Below, one piece after another: positions 24,809 through 34,816 of a DNA stretch of 55,019 nt (the first letter of the stretch is position 1; each line of letters begins with the position of its first letter). Origin of the DNA: a virus (lineage: Duplodnaviria > Caudoviricetes); IMG/VR virus record IMGVR_UViG_3300046323_000133, positions 1-55,019 of that record. One strand, 5' to 3'. Below the pieces are notes generated by a model. The model worked only from the letters and a program-made list of their open reading frames with translations, was not told the DNA's origin and did not search any database. Position numbers and translations under genes: made by a program.

Positions 24809-24826
24809 ACTAGAAGCTTATGGTTT

Positions 24827-25069
24827 TTACGGTTTAAAATATTGAACAACGCCTACAACTGAAGCGCAAAATAGTATAAATCCAATAATACCGTAAGTAG
24901 CGTACATAAACTTATTTAAAGGAGAGACTTGCTCTTCCAACAGCTCAGTTCTAGCCATATGCAGTTTCAAATTCTGTTCCTGTAGAATAAGAACTTTTTC
25001 CATATCGTCCATACGCTCATCTAGTACGTCTAGCTTATCTGTTATGTATAAAAACTCACTTTTTTTCAA
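24827..25069 (-). CDS. Coiled-coil protein with C-terminal TM (lysis-associated candidate)
   Basis: Heptad N-terminus, single TM, next to a holin-like gene. Confidence 0.55.
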   Translation of the reverse strand: MKKSEFLYITDKLDVLDERMDDMEKVLILQEQNLKLHMARTELLEEQVSPLNKFMYATYGIIGFILFCASVVGVVQYFKP

Positions 25070-25298
25070 TGTCAGCCTCTAATTCAGTTTTACCTTCAAA
25101 GTTTTTTTGTACAACTTTAGCGCCTAAACCAAATCCTAGAAACGTGCTGCATAAACCAATTAATTGGTTTAAATCTACTTTTGTCCACATACCGTAAACA
25201 GCAATACTACAAGCAGTCAACACGCAAATAAGACTTAAAAATCTTGTCATGCTTACATTACTACTCTCGGCTAATAAATTAAGAAAAAATTGTTTCAT
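25056..25298 (-). CDS. Holin-like two-TM protein
   Basis: SMTRF before TM1, two TMs, charged C-terminal tail. Confidence 0.6.
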   Translation of the reverse strand: MKQFFLNLLAESSNVSMTRFLSLICVLTACSIAVYGMWTKVDLNQLIGLCSTFLGFGLGAKVVQKNFEGKTELEADIEKK

Positions 25299-25792
25299 TT
25301 TGGTTTCAATCCGTTGTTATGTAAAATGGTGTCTAGGTCGCTAGGAGTTACATAGTCTAAATTATCTGGTACTTTTATTCCTAATATTCTACATACTATA
25401 GCTGCAAATTCACTACATATAAAATACTTATCTGCATTGTATTTTTTAATTTCAAATTTTAGAAGCTTTTTTATAGCTATTAGAAATATTTGCATTTTAG
25501 AGTAAATGCTACCTAGTTTAGAGCCTATAAAAGTTAGTGCTAATTTAAACTGAGCGTCTGTAATGGCCAACTCATACTCTTTAATAACTATATTAGATTG
25601 TATAAAATGCTCTAAAGGCACTTCATTTACAAAACCATGAGAAGCTTGAGCTACCATGTGACACTGTTTTTCTTCTGAGAAGTAAGTTATATAGGCGTGA
25701 CTATAATCTCTTTTTTCAGCTATTTGTATAGCAGTGCTGCCTATTTTAAATATGCTTTTTGACTTTGAAAATCCAACTGTAATCTTTTTCAT
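25295..25792 (-). CDS. Permuted papain-like (NlpC/P60, YiiX-type) enzyme
   Basis: YSHAYI (His) precedes FICSEF (Cys); VTPSDL. Confidence 0.75.
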   Translation of the reverse strand: MKKITVGFSKSKSIFKIGSTAIQIAEKRDYSHAYITYFSEEKQCHMVAQASHGFVNEVPLEHFIQSNIVIKEYELAITDAQFKLALTFIGSKLGSIYSKMQIFLIAIKKLLKFEIKKYNADKYFICSEFAAIVCRILGIKVPDNLDYVTPSDLDTILHNNGLKPK

Positions 25793-26166
25793 AAAGTAGC
25801 CGCAAATATAAATAATTGGTCTATTTGAGATTCGGTTAATCCTAATACTGGTCCCATAGAAGCGATTAAAGGATTATTTCTTTGAAACTCTACGGAATAT
25901 TCCCATGTTACTTTAGCTATTGATTTATTAGGTTCGGGTAAAGCTGCTATAGCGTTTTCTATAGTATCTAAAGATATTCCCGAAGCAATAAGAGCGATTC
26001 TTATTTGACGCGGAGTAACAATTTTTGGAACAGTGTTTGTAACAACAGAGTTTACAACTCCATTAAAGTCATTTCTCACCAACTGCTTTTGTTCTTCACT
26101 TAAATTTAATATTTGCTCTTCCAACTGTTCAATCGTTTCACAAAATATACCATTAATTGTCATCAT
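25789..26166 (-). CDS. Tail-fibre-associated small protein
   Basis: VTPRQIRIAL...WEYSVEFQR...GLTESQIDQLF; immediately downstream of a fibre gene. Confidence 0.65.
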   Translation of the reverse strand: MMTINGIFCETIEQLEEQILNLSEEQKQLVRNDFNGVVNSVVTNTVPKIVTPRQIRIALIASGISLDTIENAIAALPEPNKSIAKVTWEYSVEFQRNNPLIASMGPVLGLTESQIDQLFIFAATL

Positions 26167-28370
26167 TATACACCTACTTTTCTAATAATTAGCATAGAAT
26201 CGGGTCTAATAGAACTGCCAACTCCATTATTTTCAGAACGTAATTGAACAGAAATAGTGCCTGCTGTAGATATTCTAAATACTCCCACGCCTAAAACTGG
26301 AAAATTAGTATTAGCTGCAACAACACTTGCCGAGATTATATTATCTGCAGTAGATATTTGAGAGTAATTATAATCTTTATCCGTACCTGCTACAGCTTGA
26401 GATAGTGCCCAGTTGATACATAAAGTAGAGAACGCCGCAGTACCATTTACTAATCTTAAACCTACTCCGTTTGTTGTTGCTGTAGATTGCATTATGCCTT
26501 TTAGCGTAAGCTCATAAAGACCTGTTTCTAAACTTCCGGTAGTAAATGCTGTAATATTAGCATATGCGTTACTTGTTGTGGTTTGAATTGCTGTAGTTAA
26601 AAGCTGACACTCAAATGTCCAGTAAGTACCATTGTAGGTACATAAACATTGTTGGCTAGTGTCGTAAACAATAAGACCAGGAGCAGGTGACGCTATTGCT
26701 AGCCGTTGTGTAGCTGTCATACGTGGGGGTAGGAAACCTTGAGTAGTAGAGTCGATTTGCAACTTTGATGACGCTACAGGAGTTTGCGCCCCTATACCCA
26801 TTTGGTCTAAGAAATAAGACTGTCCGCTAACTGCCATACTTCTACCTGTCCCACCATATTTTATATTATATTGTGTTCCAGGGTCCGGGTCCGTATATCC
26901 ACCTATGCCAAATCTTGTCTCTCCATCACTGTTAAAAATAATTGTTCCACCACTAAAATCTTGAGTGCCCGTAATCACATTACCGCCAACTAAGTTTGCT
27001 TTTCCATCTAAAGCAGTTTGCGTAGCAGTACTAATAGGCTTATTTGCGTCTGATGTATTGTTTACATTTCCCAAACCTACTTGAGCCGCTGTAGTATTGT
27101 GGGGATTTGAAGTGTTAGCAATATGAGAATCAATTTGAGCGTGAGTATTTGTTCCAATATTAGTTAATAAAGTATGGTCTGTTACTCCAGAAGAAACTGT
27201 AGCAGGTGCCCAGGCAGTACCATTCCATTGAGCAACTTGTCCAGTTGTAGCAGCTGATTGACTTAATGTTGATAAAGCTTGAGTGCCTGTGTGATTAGTT
27301 CTATTTCTATTATTCGTATCTCTTGTGTTTAATTGCGAAGGTGTTTCATATCCATTAGGATTAGAAGCATCGTATTTTAAATTAAGTGCAGTTTGCGTCG
27401 CTGTACTTACTGGCTTATTAGCATCAGAAGTATTATCGACGTTATTAATAGCCAACATAGTCTTAACTTGGGATACAGTTAAATCTAGAGGGTCTGCAAC
27501 ACTTCCAGTATTATTGCCTTTAATAGTATTAGCGCCCATATCTGCTAGTTTTGGATTTGTAACAGCATTAGATAATATTCTATTAGTTACAATTGAATCA
27601 TCAGCTATTTTTAAACTAGTGACTTGACCGTCTTGAATTTTAGCAGAGGTAATCGCATTATTATCAATATCAGCATTTGCTACAGTGTTCTTAGTAGCTA
27701 AAGCACCAAGTCCTGTAATTGTTCCAACGGCTTGAGTACCTGTGTGATTAGCTCTGTCTCTGTCAGCTGTTGATGCCGCATTTACAGTAGAAGTCACTTG
27801 AGCCGCTGTTTGATATCCAGAAGGATTTGATGAATCGTATTTTAAATTTAAAGCTGATTGAGTAGCATTTGAAATAGGTTTATTTAAGTCAGAAGTATTA
27901 TCGACGTTTTGCAAATCAATATTAGTTTTAGCATTTGTCTTTTGTGTAGAGTTTAGACCTTGAGCTGCAGTATCTACTCTCAATCTATTTGTAAGACCAG
28001 TTTGCAAGCTGGTTATTTGAGAATTTTGTAATATTTGCTCTAATTGAATATCTCCTAAAGCAATATCTAAAGTATCATCAGTTTGCGTAAGCTGTACTAA
28101 AGCCGCTTGTACATTTGTAGCAGTTAAATTACCCGATGTAGTAGAAGGGATTTGAGCCGCTGTAGTAGCATGAGGATTAGCAGTATCAGCTATATGTGTA
28201 TCAATTTGAGCGTGTGTATTAGTCCCAATATCTTGTAAACTAGTATGGCTAATATTAGTCCCAGAAGTAGGACTATAATCTATTTCAATTTTTAATCTAT
28301 TATTATTAATCAGCGTATCATCAAATGTTAAAGGCTGATTACTTATGTTATTGCCACCTAATTTACTCAT
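26166..28370 (-). CDS. Tail fibre protein with internal repeats
   Basis: Three NV(D/N)NTSDxNKP repeats, two [14 protein letters not shown] repeats, two RxNHTGTQA repeats; [12 protein letters not shown]. Confidence 0.8.
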   Translation of the reverse strand: MSKLGGNNISNQPLTFDDTLINNNRLKIEIDYSPTSGTNISHTSLQDIGTNTHAQIDTHIADTANPHATTAAQIPSTTSGNLTATNVQAALVQLTQTDDTLDIALGDIQLEQILQNSQITSLQTGLTNRLRVDTAAQGLNSTQKTNAKTNIDLQNVDNTSDLNKPISNATQSALNLKYDSSNPSGYQTAAQVTSTVNAASTADRDRANHTGTQAVGTITGLGALATKNTVANADIDNNAITSAKIQDGQVTSLKIADDSIVTNRILSNAVTNPKLADMGANTIKGNNTGSVADPLDLTVSQVKTMLAINNVDNTSDANKPVSTATQTALNLKYDASNPNGYETPSQLNTRDTNNRNRTNHTGTQALSTLSQSAATTGQVAQWNGTAWAPATVSSGVTDHTLLTNIGTNTHAQIDSHIANTSNPHNTTAAQVGLGNVNNTSDANKPISTATQTALDGKANLVGGNVITGTQDFSGGTIIFNSDGETRFGIGGYTDPDPGTQYNIKYGGTGRSMAVSGQSYFLDQMGIGAQTPVASSKLQIDSTTQGFLPPRMTATQRLAIASPAPGLIVYDTSQQCLCTYNGTYWTFECQLLTTAIQTTTSNAYANITAFTTGSLETGLYELTLKGIMQSTATTNGVGLRLVNGTAAFSTLCINWALSQAVAGTDKDYNYSQISTADNIISASVVAANTNFPVLGVGVFRISTAGTISVQLRSENNGVGSSIRPDSMLIIRKVGV

Positions 28371-28765
28371 GAAACCTCCGCTAAACGACAGTTAAGACCT
28401 GTATTGGCACTAATCACCCAAATAGAAAGAGAGCCAGAGACGTCAAAGCCTCTTTCGCTTCCTGCAGAAACAAGAAGTCCTGTAGATGTAGTTACAGAAC
28501 TATTAAATCCAAAATATATAGACTTATTACTTAAATTTTGAAAAAGAATATGTTTTCTATTTGCTAGAATTGTTCCTCCAACTTTAAGTTCTACAGCAGT
28601 TGTTCCTACTGTAATAGCGCCATAAACCGCGCCACCCTTTAAAACGTCAGCAACAAACAGTTCGCCTGTTGCCGATGAATTTACAAAATTAGTCTCAACG
28701 CCAGAGCTGTCGCTACCGGCAATCTTAACAGTTTGAGCAGCTTCAAGACTATTTAAATCTGCCAC
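28367..28765 (-). CDS. Virion appendage/decoration protein (putative)
   Basis: Beta-rich; NRK.ILFQN.S...IYFG; located in the tail cluster. Confidence 0.6.
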   Translation of the reverse strand: MADLNSLEAAQTVKIAGSDSSGVETNFVNSSATGELFVADVLKGGAVYGAITVGTTAVELKVGGTILANRKHILFQNLSNKSIYFGFNSSVTTSTGLLVSAGSERGFDVSGSLSIWVISANTGLNCRLAEVS

Positions 28766-28777
28766 AAATACTCCTTA

Positions 28778-29725
28778 TTATACGTATCCGCAAATAGTTG
28801 AATAAACGTCTTGAGCTTGATTGTCTCTGTTCGTTCTAACAACAATTATAGTTTGGCCAGAGGTAATAGGTAATGGATTTTGCAATTCAATACTCATATT
28901 AGTCTCTGCTGTAGAGCTAAACTGTGTAAATTTTGGAGTTCCATTAACAGAAACAACAATTTTCATTTTACCAGAACCAGAAGCTTCAATTTGTGTTAAA
29001 AAGAAGTTACCAGTAGCAGTATAAGTATGAGTAGAACTTGCTCCAGAAGCTACAGAAGCAACTGTATTAAAATCTGCAACAGAAGTACCAGCAGCAACTA
29101 TAGAAATAGAAGAGCCTGAAACATCAACTTTATCAGTTGCAAATACTAAATTACGAATATCTAAATCACTAGCAGAAACAGTAATATTTTCAAGAGCAGC
29201 TAAAGTAGTAGAGCTTAAAGAAACTTCTGAACCTGTTACATCGACTTTGTCTGTAGCAAATGCCAAATCCCTAATATCAAGGTCTGTAGCAGATACAGTT
29301 ATATTCTCTAAAGCCGCTAAAGTTGTAGCGCTTAAATTTATATCTCCTGAGATTGTTGCCGTTATATTTTCTAAAGCTGCTAAAGATGTTGAATCTAAAG
29401 TAACAGTAGAACCTGTAACATCTACTTTGTCTGTAGCAAAAGCAAGGTCTCTAATATCTAAATCGGTAGCTGAAACAGTTATGTTTTCTAAAGCCGCCAA
29501 AGTAGCAGAATCTAAAGACACTTCAGACCCAGAAACATCTACCTTATCTGTTGCAAAAACTAGATTACGAATATCTAAATCAGTTCCTGTTATTGTAGAA
29601 TTGGTATTAATACTACCATCTGACTCTACCTTTAATTGATTTACGCCTAACGAATCTACAACCTTTACGGCTACATCTCCGGCTGTCTCCGTTCTTATCG
29701 GTAAACTTGAATTATAATCTGACAT
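28778..29725 (-). CDS. Repeat-containing virion fibre protein (putative)
   Basis: Four DLDIRxLxFATDKVDVxGS units and four LAALENIT units. Confidence 0.7.
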   Translation of the reverse strand: MSDYNSSLPIRTETAGDVAVKVVDSLGVNQLKVESDGSINTNSTITGTDLDIRNLVFATDKVDVSGSEVSLDSATLAALENITVSATDLDIRDLAFATDKVDVTGSTVTLDSTSLAALENITATISGDINLSATTLAALENITVSATDLDIRDLAFATDKVDVTGSEVSLSSTTLAALENITVSASDLDIRNLVFATDKVDVSGSSISIVAAGTSVADFNTVASVASGASSTHTYTATGNFFLTQIEASGSGKMKIVVSVNGTPKFTQFSSTAETNMSIELQNPLPITSGQTIIVVRTNRDNQAQDVYSTICGYV

Positions 29726-29726
29726 A

Positions 29727-29906
29727 CTACCCCTTCATTTCTGCAATTTCTTTTTGCAATCTTAATTCTGTGATTTCTTGAGACCGTATTGCCTCTTTTA
29801 ATCTTTCTATTTCTACGAGCCTCTCCTCTATTTTGAGGTCTAACTCTTCTTTGGCTAAAATGACTCTTTTTAGCTCTACTTCTTTTTTCTTTAAATCTAA
29901 ACTCAT
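29727..29906 (-). CDS. Small coiled-coil protein
   Basis: GGAGG RBS before ATG 29906. Confidence 0.6.
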   Translation of the reverse strand: MSLDLKKKEVELKRVILAKEELDLKIEERLVEIERLKEAIRSQEITELRLQKEIAEMKG

Positions 29907-29907
29907 A

Positions 29908-30531
29908 TTATTCCTCCAAAATGAACTTTGCATTAAAATCAGCGCTGTAAGGCCTATCATGTCTAGCCCTTATTGACAGCACATCTCCTGATATAAGAGA
30001 TATACCGTTTTCAAATGAAAAAGAACAGTTTAATTGCGTCCCAAAATTAGTTCTCTGCTTATCAATAACATTTCCATTTAGAACAATCTCGTAAGCAGCT
30101 ATATTTGTTCCTGACGATTGTATTAGCTTTAGCTTAGAATTGACACTAACAGTTTTGGTTAATATCGTAACGTAAGAGCCGCTAGAAACCGCTAATATTT
30201 CATTATAATAATTTTTAACTGCAATATTAAGTTTACCGTCTATACTAGTCAGTAACCCTTCAACTCCATCTACATGTAAATCTATAGAATTTAACAATAT
30301 ACTATTAGCTTGTATTTCATTTTCTATACTATCTAATAATACAGTTTGGGCTTGTTGCTCTACTAAAGTAGAAACACCTGTAACTGCTACTGTACCATTT
30401 ACTGGTATTGGATTTCCAACATCATTTTTAACTTCTACTTCATTAGTAACGGTAATAGGACCATTAATAGTTAAAGTAGAGTTTGTAATCTCTGTTAAAT
30501 TTTTAGGTAGCTTTTTGTAAAAATTAGCCAT
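29908..30531 (-). CDS. Virion fibre-like protein (putative)
   Basis: Coiled coil plus a beta-rich C-terminus similar to that of 28778..29725. Confidence 0.6.
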   Translation of the reverse strand: MANFYKKLPKNLTEITNSTLTINGPITVTNEVEVKNDVGNPIPVNGTVAVTGVSTLVEQQAQTVLLDSIENEIQANSILLNSIDLHVDGVEGLLTSIDGKLNIAVKNYYNEILAVSSGSYVTILTKTVSVNSKLKLIQSSGTNIAAYEIVLNGNVIDKQRTNFGTQLNCSFSFENGISLISGDVLSIRARHDRPYSADFNAKFILEE

Positions 30532-30885
30532 TTACCAACCTTTGGCGTTAAAACGTAAAGTATCTAAATTAGCGTTTCCTATAACAACAACTCTAACCCA
30601 GTTATAACCTACGTCAGATACATCAAATACCCCTAAACCAGAAGCATTTAAAGCAGTCTCAGACTCTTCAACATCTGTCCAATTGACAACTTTGTAATCT
30701 TCGGGCCTAGTTGCTTCTGGATTACCTCTATCTGTAGAACATTGTAGTTTTACTATAGCAGTAGCAGTATTAAAACCTATTTGTATGCTATAAGTGCTAG
30801 TACGTCCAACAAACAGCGCTTCTGACTGCCATGTGCCAGAAATAACTGAAGGTGCATTTATAAGCGTATCATTTATAGTTCTCAT
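30532..30885 (-). CDS. Small beta-rich virion protein (putative)
   Basis: Located in the tail cluster; pattern similar to 34396..34758. Confidence 0.55.
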   Translation of the reverse strand: MRTINDTLINAPSVISGTWQSEALFVGRTSTYSIQIGFNTATAIVKLQCSTDRGNPEATRPEDYKVVNWTDVEESETALNASGLGVFDVSDVGYNWVRVVVIGNANLDTLRFNAKGW

Positions 30886-30907
30886 TGAGGCCCCTTGTTG
30901 TTAAATA

Positions 30908-33793
30908 TTAGACTTCAACAATAGTTATGTAATTGAATTTATCATCAGCAAACAAAGACGCCGCAGACCCTGAGTTCACTCGAATATCAAAATATTCTCC
31001 AGCTAAAAGACTAACAGATGTAGCCACAGCAGAAGTAGCATCAACACCGACTTCATTTATAACTTTATGAAATACTCCATTTTTATATAAATCTAAACGT
31101 CTAGATGCAGTTGAAACTCTACTTGCTCCCGTGATTGATACAGTCATAGCTCTAGGAGCTGTGAATTTCCAAGAAGCTCCAGTTGTTACGGCTCCATGAG
31201 TGTCATCGTCTTTTGTTGCATAATTTAAAATTACTACACCAGTACCTAGTGATTGCCCTGCACCTGTTTTGTATATAGCTCTAATTTTTTCACTAGCAGC
31301 AATAGTCTGAGGTGCCATTAACTTAGAAACATTAAAAAATGTTGCAATAGCATCGTTAGCCACTCCTAAAGCTCCACCACTATTTTGAAATCCAAAAACT
31401 TCTAAATAATCACCTACATTCAAATCAACTCTGAATCCTACAAACGGCTGTGCATTAATCCCAGAAGGGACATAGCTTCTACCTTCAAAAATTGACACTC
31501 CATTTTTAAGTACTCTTACTAGTCCCGTATATACTCCGGATGTGCCAAATTGTAAGCTAGCCTCTCCAAAGTAAGTACCCGTACTAACACAAACTACTCT
31601 GCTATTTACAGAATCCCAGACAAGACCCTTTGATTGAATAGTTGAATCGAAAGTTATTTTTGTAAGTGTGGCATTTGTTAGAGATTGTGATGCTCCTACT
31701 TTACCCATTCTCAAAGTTAACTCTCGACCGTCATAATTATCAGATACTCTAACACTTGAAGATTGACCTTGTATTGGAATCCCATAAGCTGTGAACGAAA
31801 CTTCTACAGATGCAGAAGCGACCTGACTACCATTTAATCTTGTCAAACCAAGGCCGGAACCGCTTGCTGCGTTAGAAAAATTAACTACAGTACTATTTTC
31901 ATTTAAAATAGAATGAAGTATTTGTCCAGATGTTCCATTATATGCCAATGTTCCATAGTTTCTATAACCAGGTAAACCCTTTATACTATCTGTCCTAAAT
32001 CCATTCGGAAGACTTATTTCTGCAATTGTTGCCGTAGTTGTACCCGCTGTAAACCGACCTTGAATATCAATCGAATCGCCATTTCTTCTGTATAAAAATT
32101 TAGAAGTAGTTATTGTTCCAAAGCCAGCTGTTGTTGGTGTATACTCTATCCAATCAGTAACCGGAGTCCCATATACATAAACTTGAGGACTAAGAAGAAT
32201 ATTGTCTAGTTTAATACTATAATCATCAACAAGAGACAGTCTATTATGCAAAATAAATCTTACAGAAGTACAGTTAGAATCAAATTGAACAGTGGCCTCA
32301 TACACATCACTAGTAGTTGACGAATTGGATAACAATTTAATATTAGAAGGTTCAACTAATTTAGAGTTAGTAATATCATAAAAAGTACAAATTACACTAC
32401 CATTATCAGGAGAAGCTCCGTTAAATCCTGGAAAAAAACCTCCTCCAGTATTGTCTACCAGGTATGCAAAAGAAATTTTTAGGGATTTTGCTCGGTATGC
32501 TAAGTCTAAAGGAATATTATCTATAGCCCACCCATTACCCTGAGCACTACCAAACGGTTTAGTCAATACATATGATTTAGTTCCAGCTAAAGGGCTTACA
32601 GAACTAATTGAAGTAGTGACAATAGGACTTCCACCAATACCATCTATAGGATATTGTACAGCACCGTCAGCATAAGGAACGAATATAGAAGAGTTAGTAG
32701 AGTCCGCGCTTCCGTTAGATATAAGATTAATAACACCTGAACTCGGAAGACTAGTCCAAGATAAATCTCCTGAAGTAGTAGAACTTAAAATTTGCCCATC
32801 TGCAGCAGGTACAGCTTCAGGCAATACATAAGCTTGAGTAGCAGCTGTGTTACTAGCTGAAAAAGAAATTTCGTTTCCAAGTGAATTAGCCCAAGATAAC
32901 AGCTTATTAGCACCGATTGTTAGTTTATTTCCAGTCCAACTAGCAATTGTACCATTTGTTGTAAAATCCGTTAGAGCACCATTGGTTAATACTAACAAAT
33001 TAGCAGCTTGATTTTGTATTTTTTGAATATTAAGAGTAGTCCAACGTCTTAATGTAGTACCTAAAGACTTAGAAACGTCAGTATCTGGGACTAAAGGCTG
33101 ATTTATACTTGTAGCAGTTAAATTTCCTAAGTCCGTATTAGCTTTTAAAGCTACTGCATCAAATACTGCATTTTGAGAAGGAGCAACATCTATAACTCCA
33201 TCTACTATAGCATCTGAAACCGTCGCAGCTTTTGCACGCGCATTAGTATAATATAAGTTTGTTACGCCTTCAGACAAGTCATCTGTAGATTTAGCTGAAA
33301 AAGCAGTATTAAATCTTGTAGCCGTATAGTACAACTTAGAACCTTCTGCAATATCATCAGTATCTAAGGTTACAGCTCCAGTTAACCCGTTAACAGAAAC
33401 TACTTCATTTGAATTAATAGATTTTTGCCAAACAGTGCCATTATACACTACCCAGTCTCCAATATTAAAACTTATAGAACCAGAACCTAAATTTTGCGAC
33501 CCAGCAACAATAACCTCATAAACATCTCCAGTATTACCAGTTCCATCAGCAAGTGTAGGCGTATTAGTAGAAGCGTTATATTGTCCTTGATATTGCATAA
33601 CTGAATTTGGCAAATTAGCTATAGGAACTTTTCCACCATTATCAAGAGGAGCATATCCATTTGCAGACCCTTTTTCAGATAGCAGTTGATAATCATTCAA
33701 ATCTGCAGACTCTGCCAAATCGGTAACATCTACTATTGTATCAAATTGTCCAGTAATCGGATTAAATATAAGTTTCTTTTTTTCTGTTGCCAT
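30908..33793 (-). CDS. Tail fibre/spike with C-terminal tandem C1q/TNF-like domains
   Basis: GYAPLD..GKVP, TDDLSEG..NLYYT repeats, LNVGDYLEV and LLAGEYFDI. Confidence 0.75.
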   Translation of the reverse strand: MATEKKKLIFNPITGQFDTIVDVTDLAESADLNDYQLLSEKGSANGYAPLDNGGKVPIANLPNSVMQYQGQYNASTNTPTLADGTGNTGDVYEVIVAGSQNLGSGSISFNIGDWVVYNGTVWQKSINSNEVVSVNGLTGAVTLDTDDIAEGSKLYYTATRFNTAFSAKSTDDLSEGVTNLYYTNARAKAATVSDAIVDGVIDVAPSQNAVFDAVALKANTDLGNLTATSINQPLVPDTDVSKSLGTTLRRWTTLNIQKIQNQAANLLVLTNGALTDFTTNGTIASWTGNKLTIGANKLLSWANSLGNEISFSASNTAATQAYVLPEAVPAADGQILSSTTSGDLSWTSLPSSGVINLISNGSADSTNSSIFVPYADGAVQYPIDGIGGSPIVTTSISSVSPLAGTKSYVLTKPFGSAQGNGWAIDNIPLDLAYRAKSLKISFAYLVDNTGGGFFPGFNGASPDNGSVICTFYDITNSKLVEPSNIKLLSNSSTTSDVYEATVQFDSNCTSVRFILHNRLSLVDDYSIKLDNILLSPQVYVYGTPVTDWIEYTPTTAGFGTITTSKFLYRRNGDSIDIQGRFTAGTTTATIAEISLPNGFRTDSIKGLPGYRNYGTLAYNGTSGQILHSILNENSTVVNFSNAASGSGLGLTRLNGSQVASASVEVSFTAYGIPIQGQSSSVRVSDNYDGRELTLRMGKVGASQSLTNATLTKITFDSTIQSKGLVWDSVNSRVVCVSTGTYFGEASLQFGTSGVYTGLVRVLKNGVSIFEGRSYVPSGINAQPFVGFRVDLNVGDYLEVFGFQNSGGALGVANDAIATFFNVSKLMAPQTIAASEKIRAIYKTGAGQSLGTGVVILNYATKDDDTHGAVTTGASWKFTAPRAMTVSITGASRVSTASRRLDLYKNGVFHKVINEVGVDATSAVATSVSLLAGEYFDIRVNSGSAASLFADDKFNYITIVEV

Positions 33794-33794
33794 G

Positions 33795-34394
33795 TTATGC
33801 CTTTGTTACTGAAGTTAAGCGATTAGAGCCATCATATCCTAAAGTTAAAGTAGCTACAGTAGTTCCAGCAGCGCCCCCATCTTTATACGTAACTGTAGAA
33901 ATATCTGTAGTCGCTCCTACATAAGTCATAGATATATAATCATGTTTAGCAGTCACAAGAGCAGCAGCTAACTTAGCATTTATAGAATCTGCATCAGCCT
34001 CTACATTGTTTAAGCTAGTATCTATAGAAGTTAAAGTAGAGTTTGCATCTACTAACTCAGCAGTTACAGAATTTAATTCAGAGTTAATATCATTAAGAGA
34101 AGTTTGGGCAGCAGCTTGATTAGTCTCAATGGCATCTACAAAACCAGCAATAGCTACTAAATCCGCTTCAATATTATCAGTATTTGCGTTTATAGCAGTT
34201 AACTGTACATTAGATGCAGCTACTAAAGCCTCTAAACCATCAGTATTAATGTTTATACTTTCAACATCTATTTCTAGATTATTAATTTCTGTTACAATAT
34301 TCTGTAATTCAGTTAATTGAGCTGTTTGTAGAGCTGAAGTAGCTAAACCCGTTTTATCTAATGTAACTGGAGGAAAAATAAAAATAGCAGCCAT
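33795..34394 (-). CDS. Coiled-coil virion protein (putative)
   Basis: Acidic heptads plus the C-terminal segment VATLTLGYDGSNRLTSVTK. Confidence 0.6.
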   Translation of the reverse strand: MAAIFIFPPVTLDKTGLATSALQTAQLTELQNIVTEINNLEIDVESININTDGLEALVAASNVQLTAINANTDNIEADLVAIAGFVDAIETNQAAAQTSLNDINSELNSVTAELVDANSTLTSIDTSLNNVEADADSINAKLAAALVTAKHDYISMTYVGATTDISTVTYKDGGAAGTTVATLTLGYDGSNRLTSVTKA

Positions 34395-34395
34395 A

Positions 34396-34758
34396 TTAAG
34401 CTCCTTTAGCTTTCATAAGTAAGTACGCAGACATAGTTCCAGAAGCTGAAGTTGGAGTCCAAATTAATCTCATTTCTTTAAATGGCAATTCATTTAGAAC
34501 TATTTGAACATCTAATTCAGCAGTTATAGTAAGTGGTGCACCGAAATTAAGGTCATACCACGCTAGCGCAGCTTGGTCTGGTCTAAAATCAACATTTCTA
34601 GCTTGAACGCTAAAAGTACCAGAAGCTGGAGCACTAAATTTTACGTGATATGAGCAAGTATCTTGATTTTCAACACTTGTTACTGGATTTTGTATTTGGG
34701 CTACTGCAGCGTTTAAAGCGTCAAAAGCTGTATGTTTTACTACGGGACGTCTAGACAT
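34396..34758 (-). CDS. Small beta-rich virion protein (putative)
   Basis: AAGGAG RBS; first gene of the appendage cluster. Confidence 0.6.
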   Translation of the reverse strand: MSRRPVVKHTAFDALNAAVAQIQNPVTSVENQDTCSYHVKFSAPASGTFSVQARNVDFRPDQAALAWYDLNFGAPLTITAELDVQIVLNELPFKEMRLIWTPTSASGTMSAYLLMKAKGA

Positions 34759-34816
34759 GAAAACTCCTTATGGGCTAGGGGTTTTTGACCCCAGTTCTAT
34801 AAGAGTATTCTTGTTT

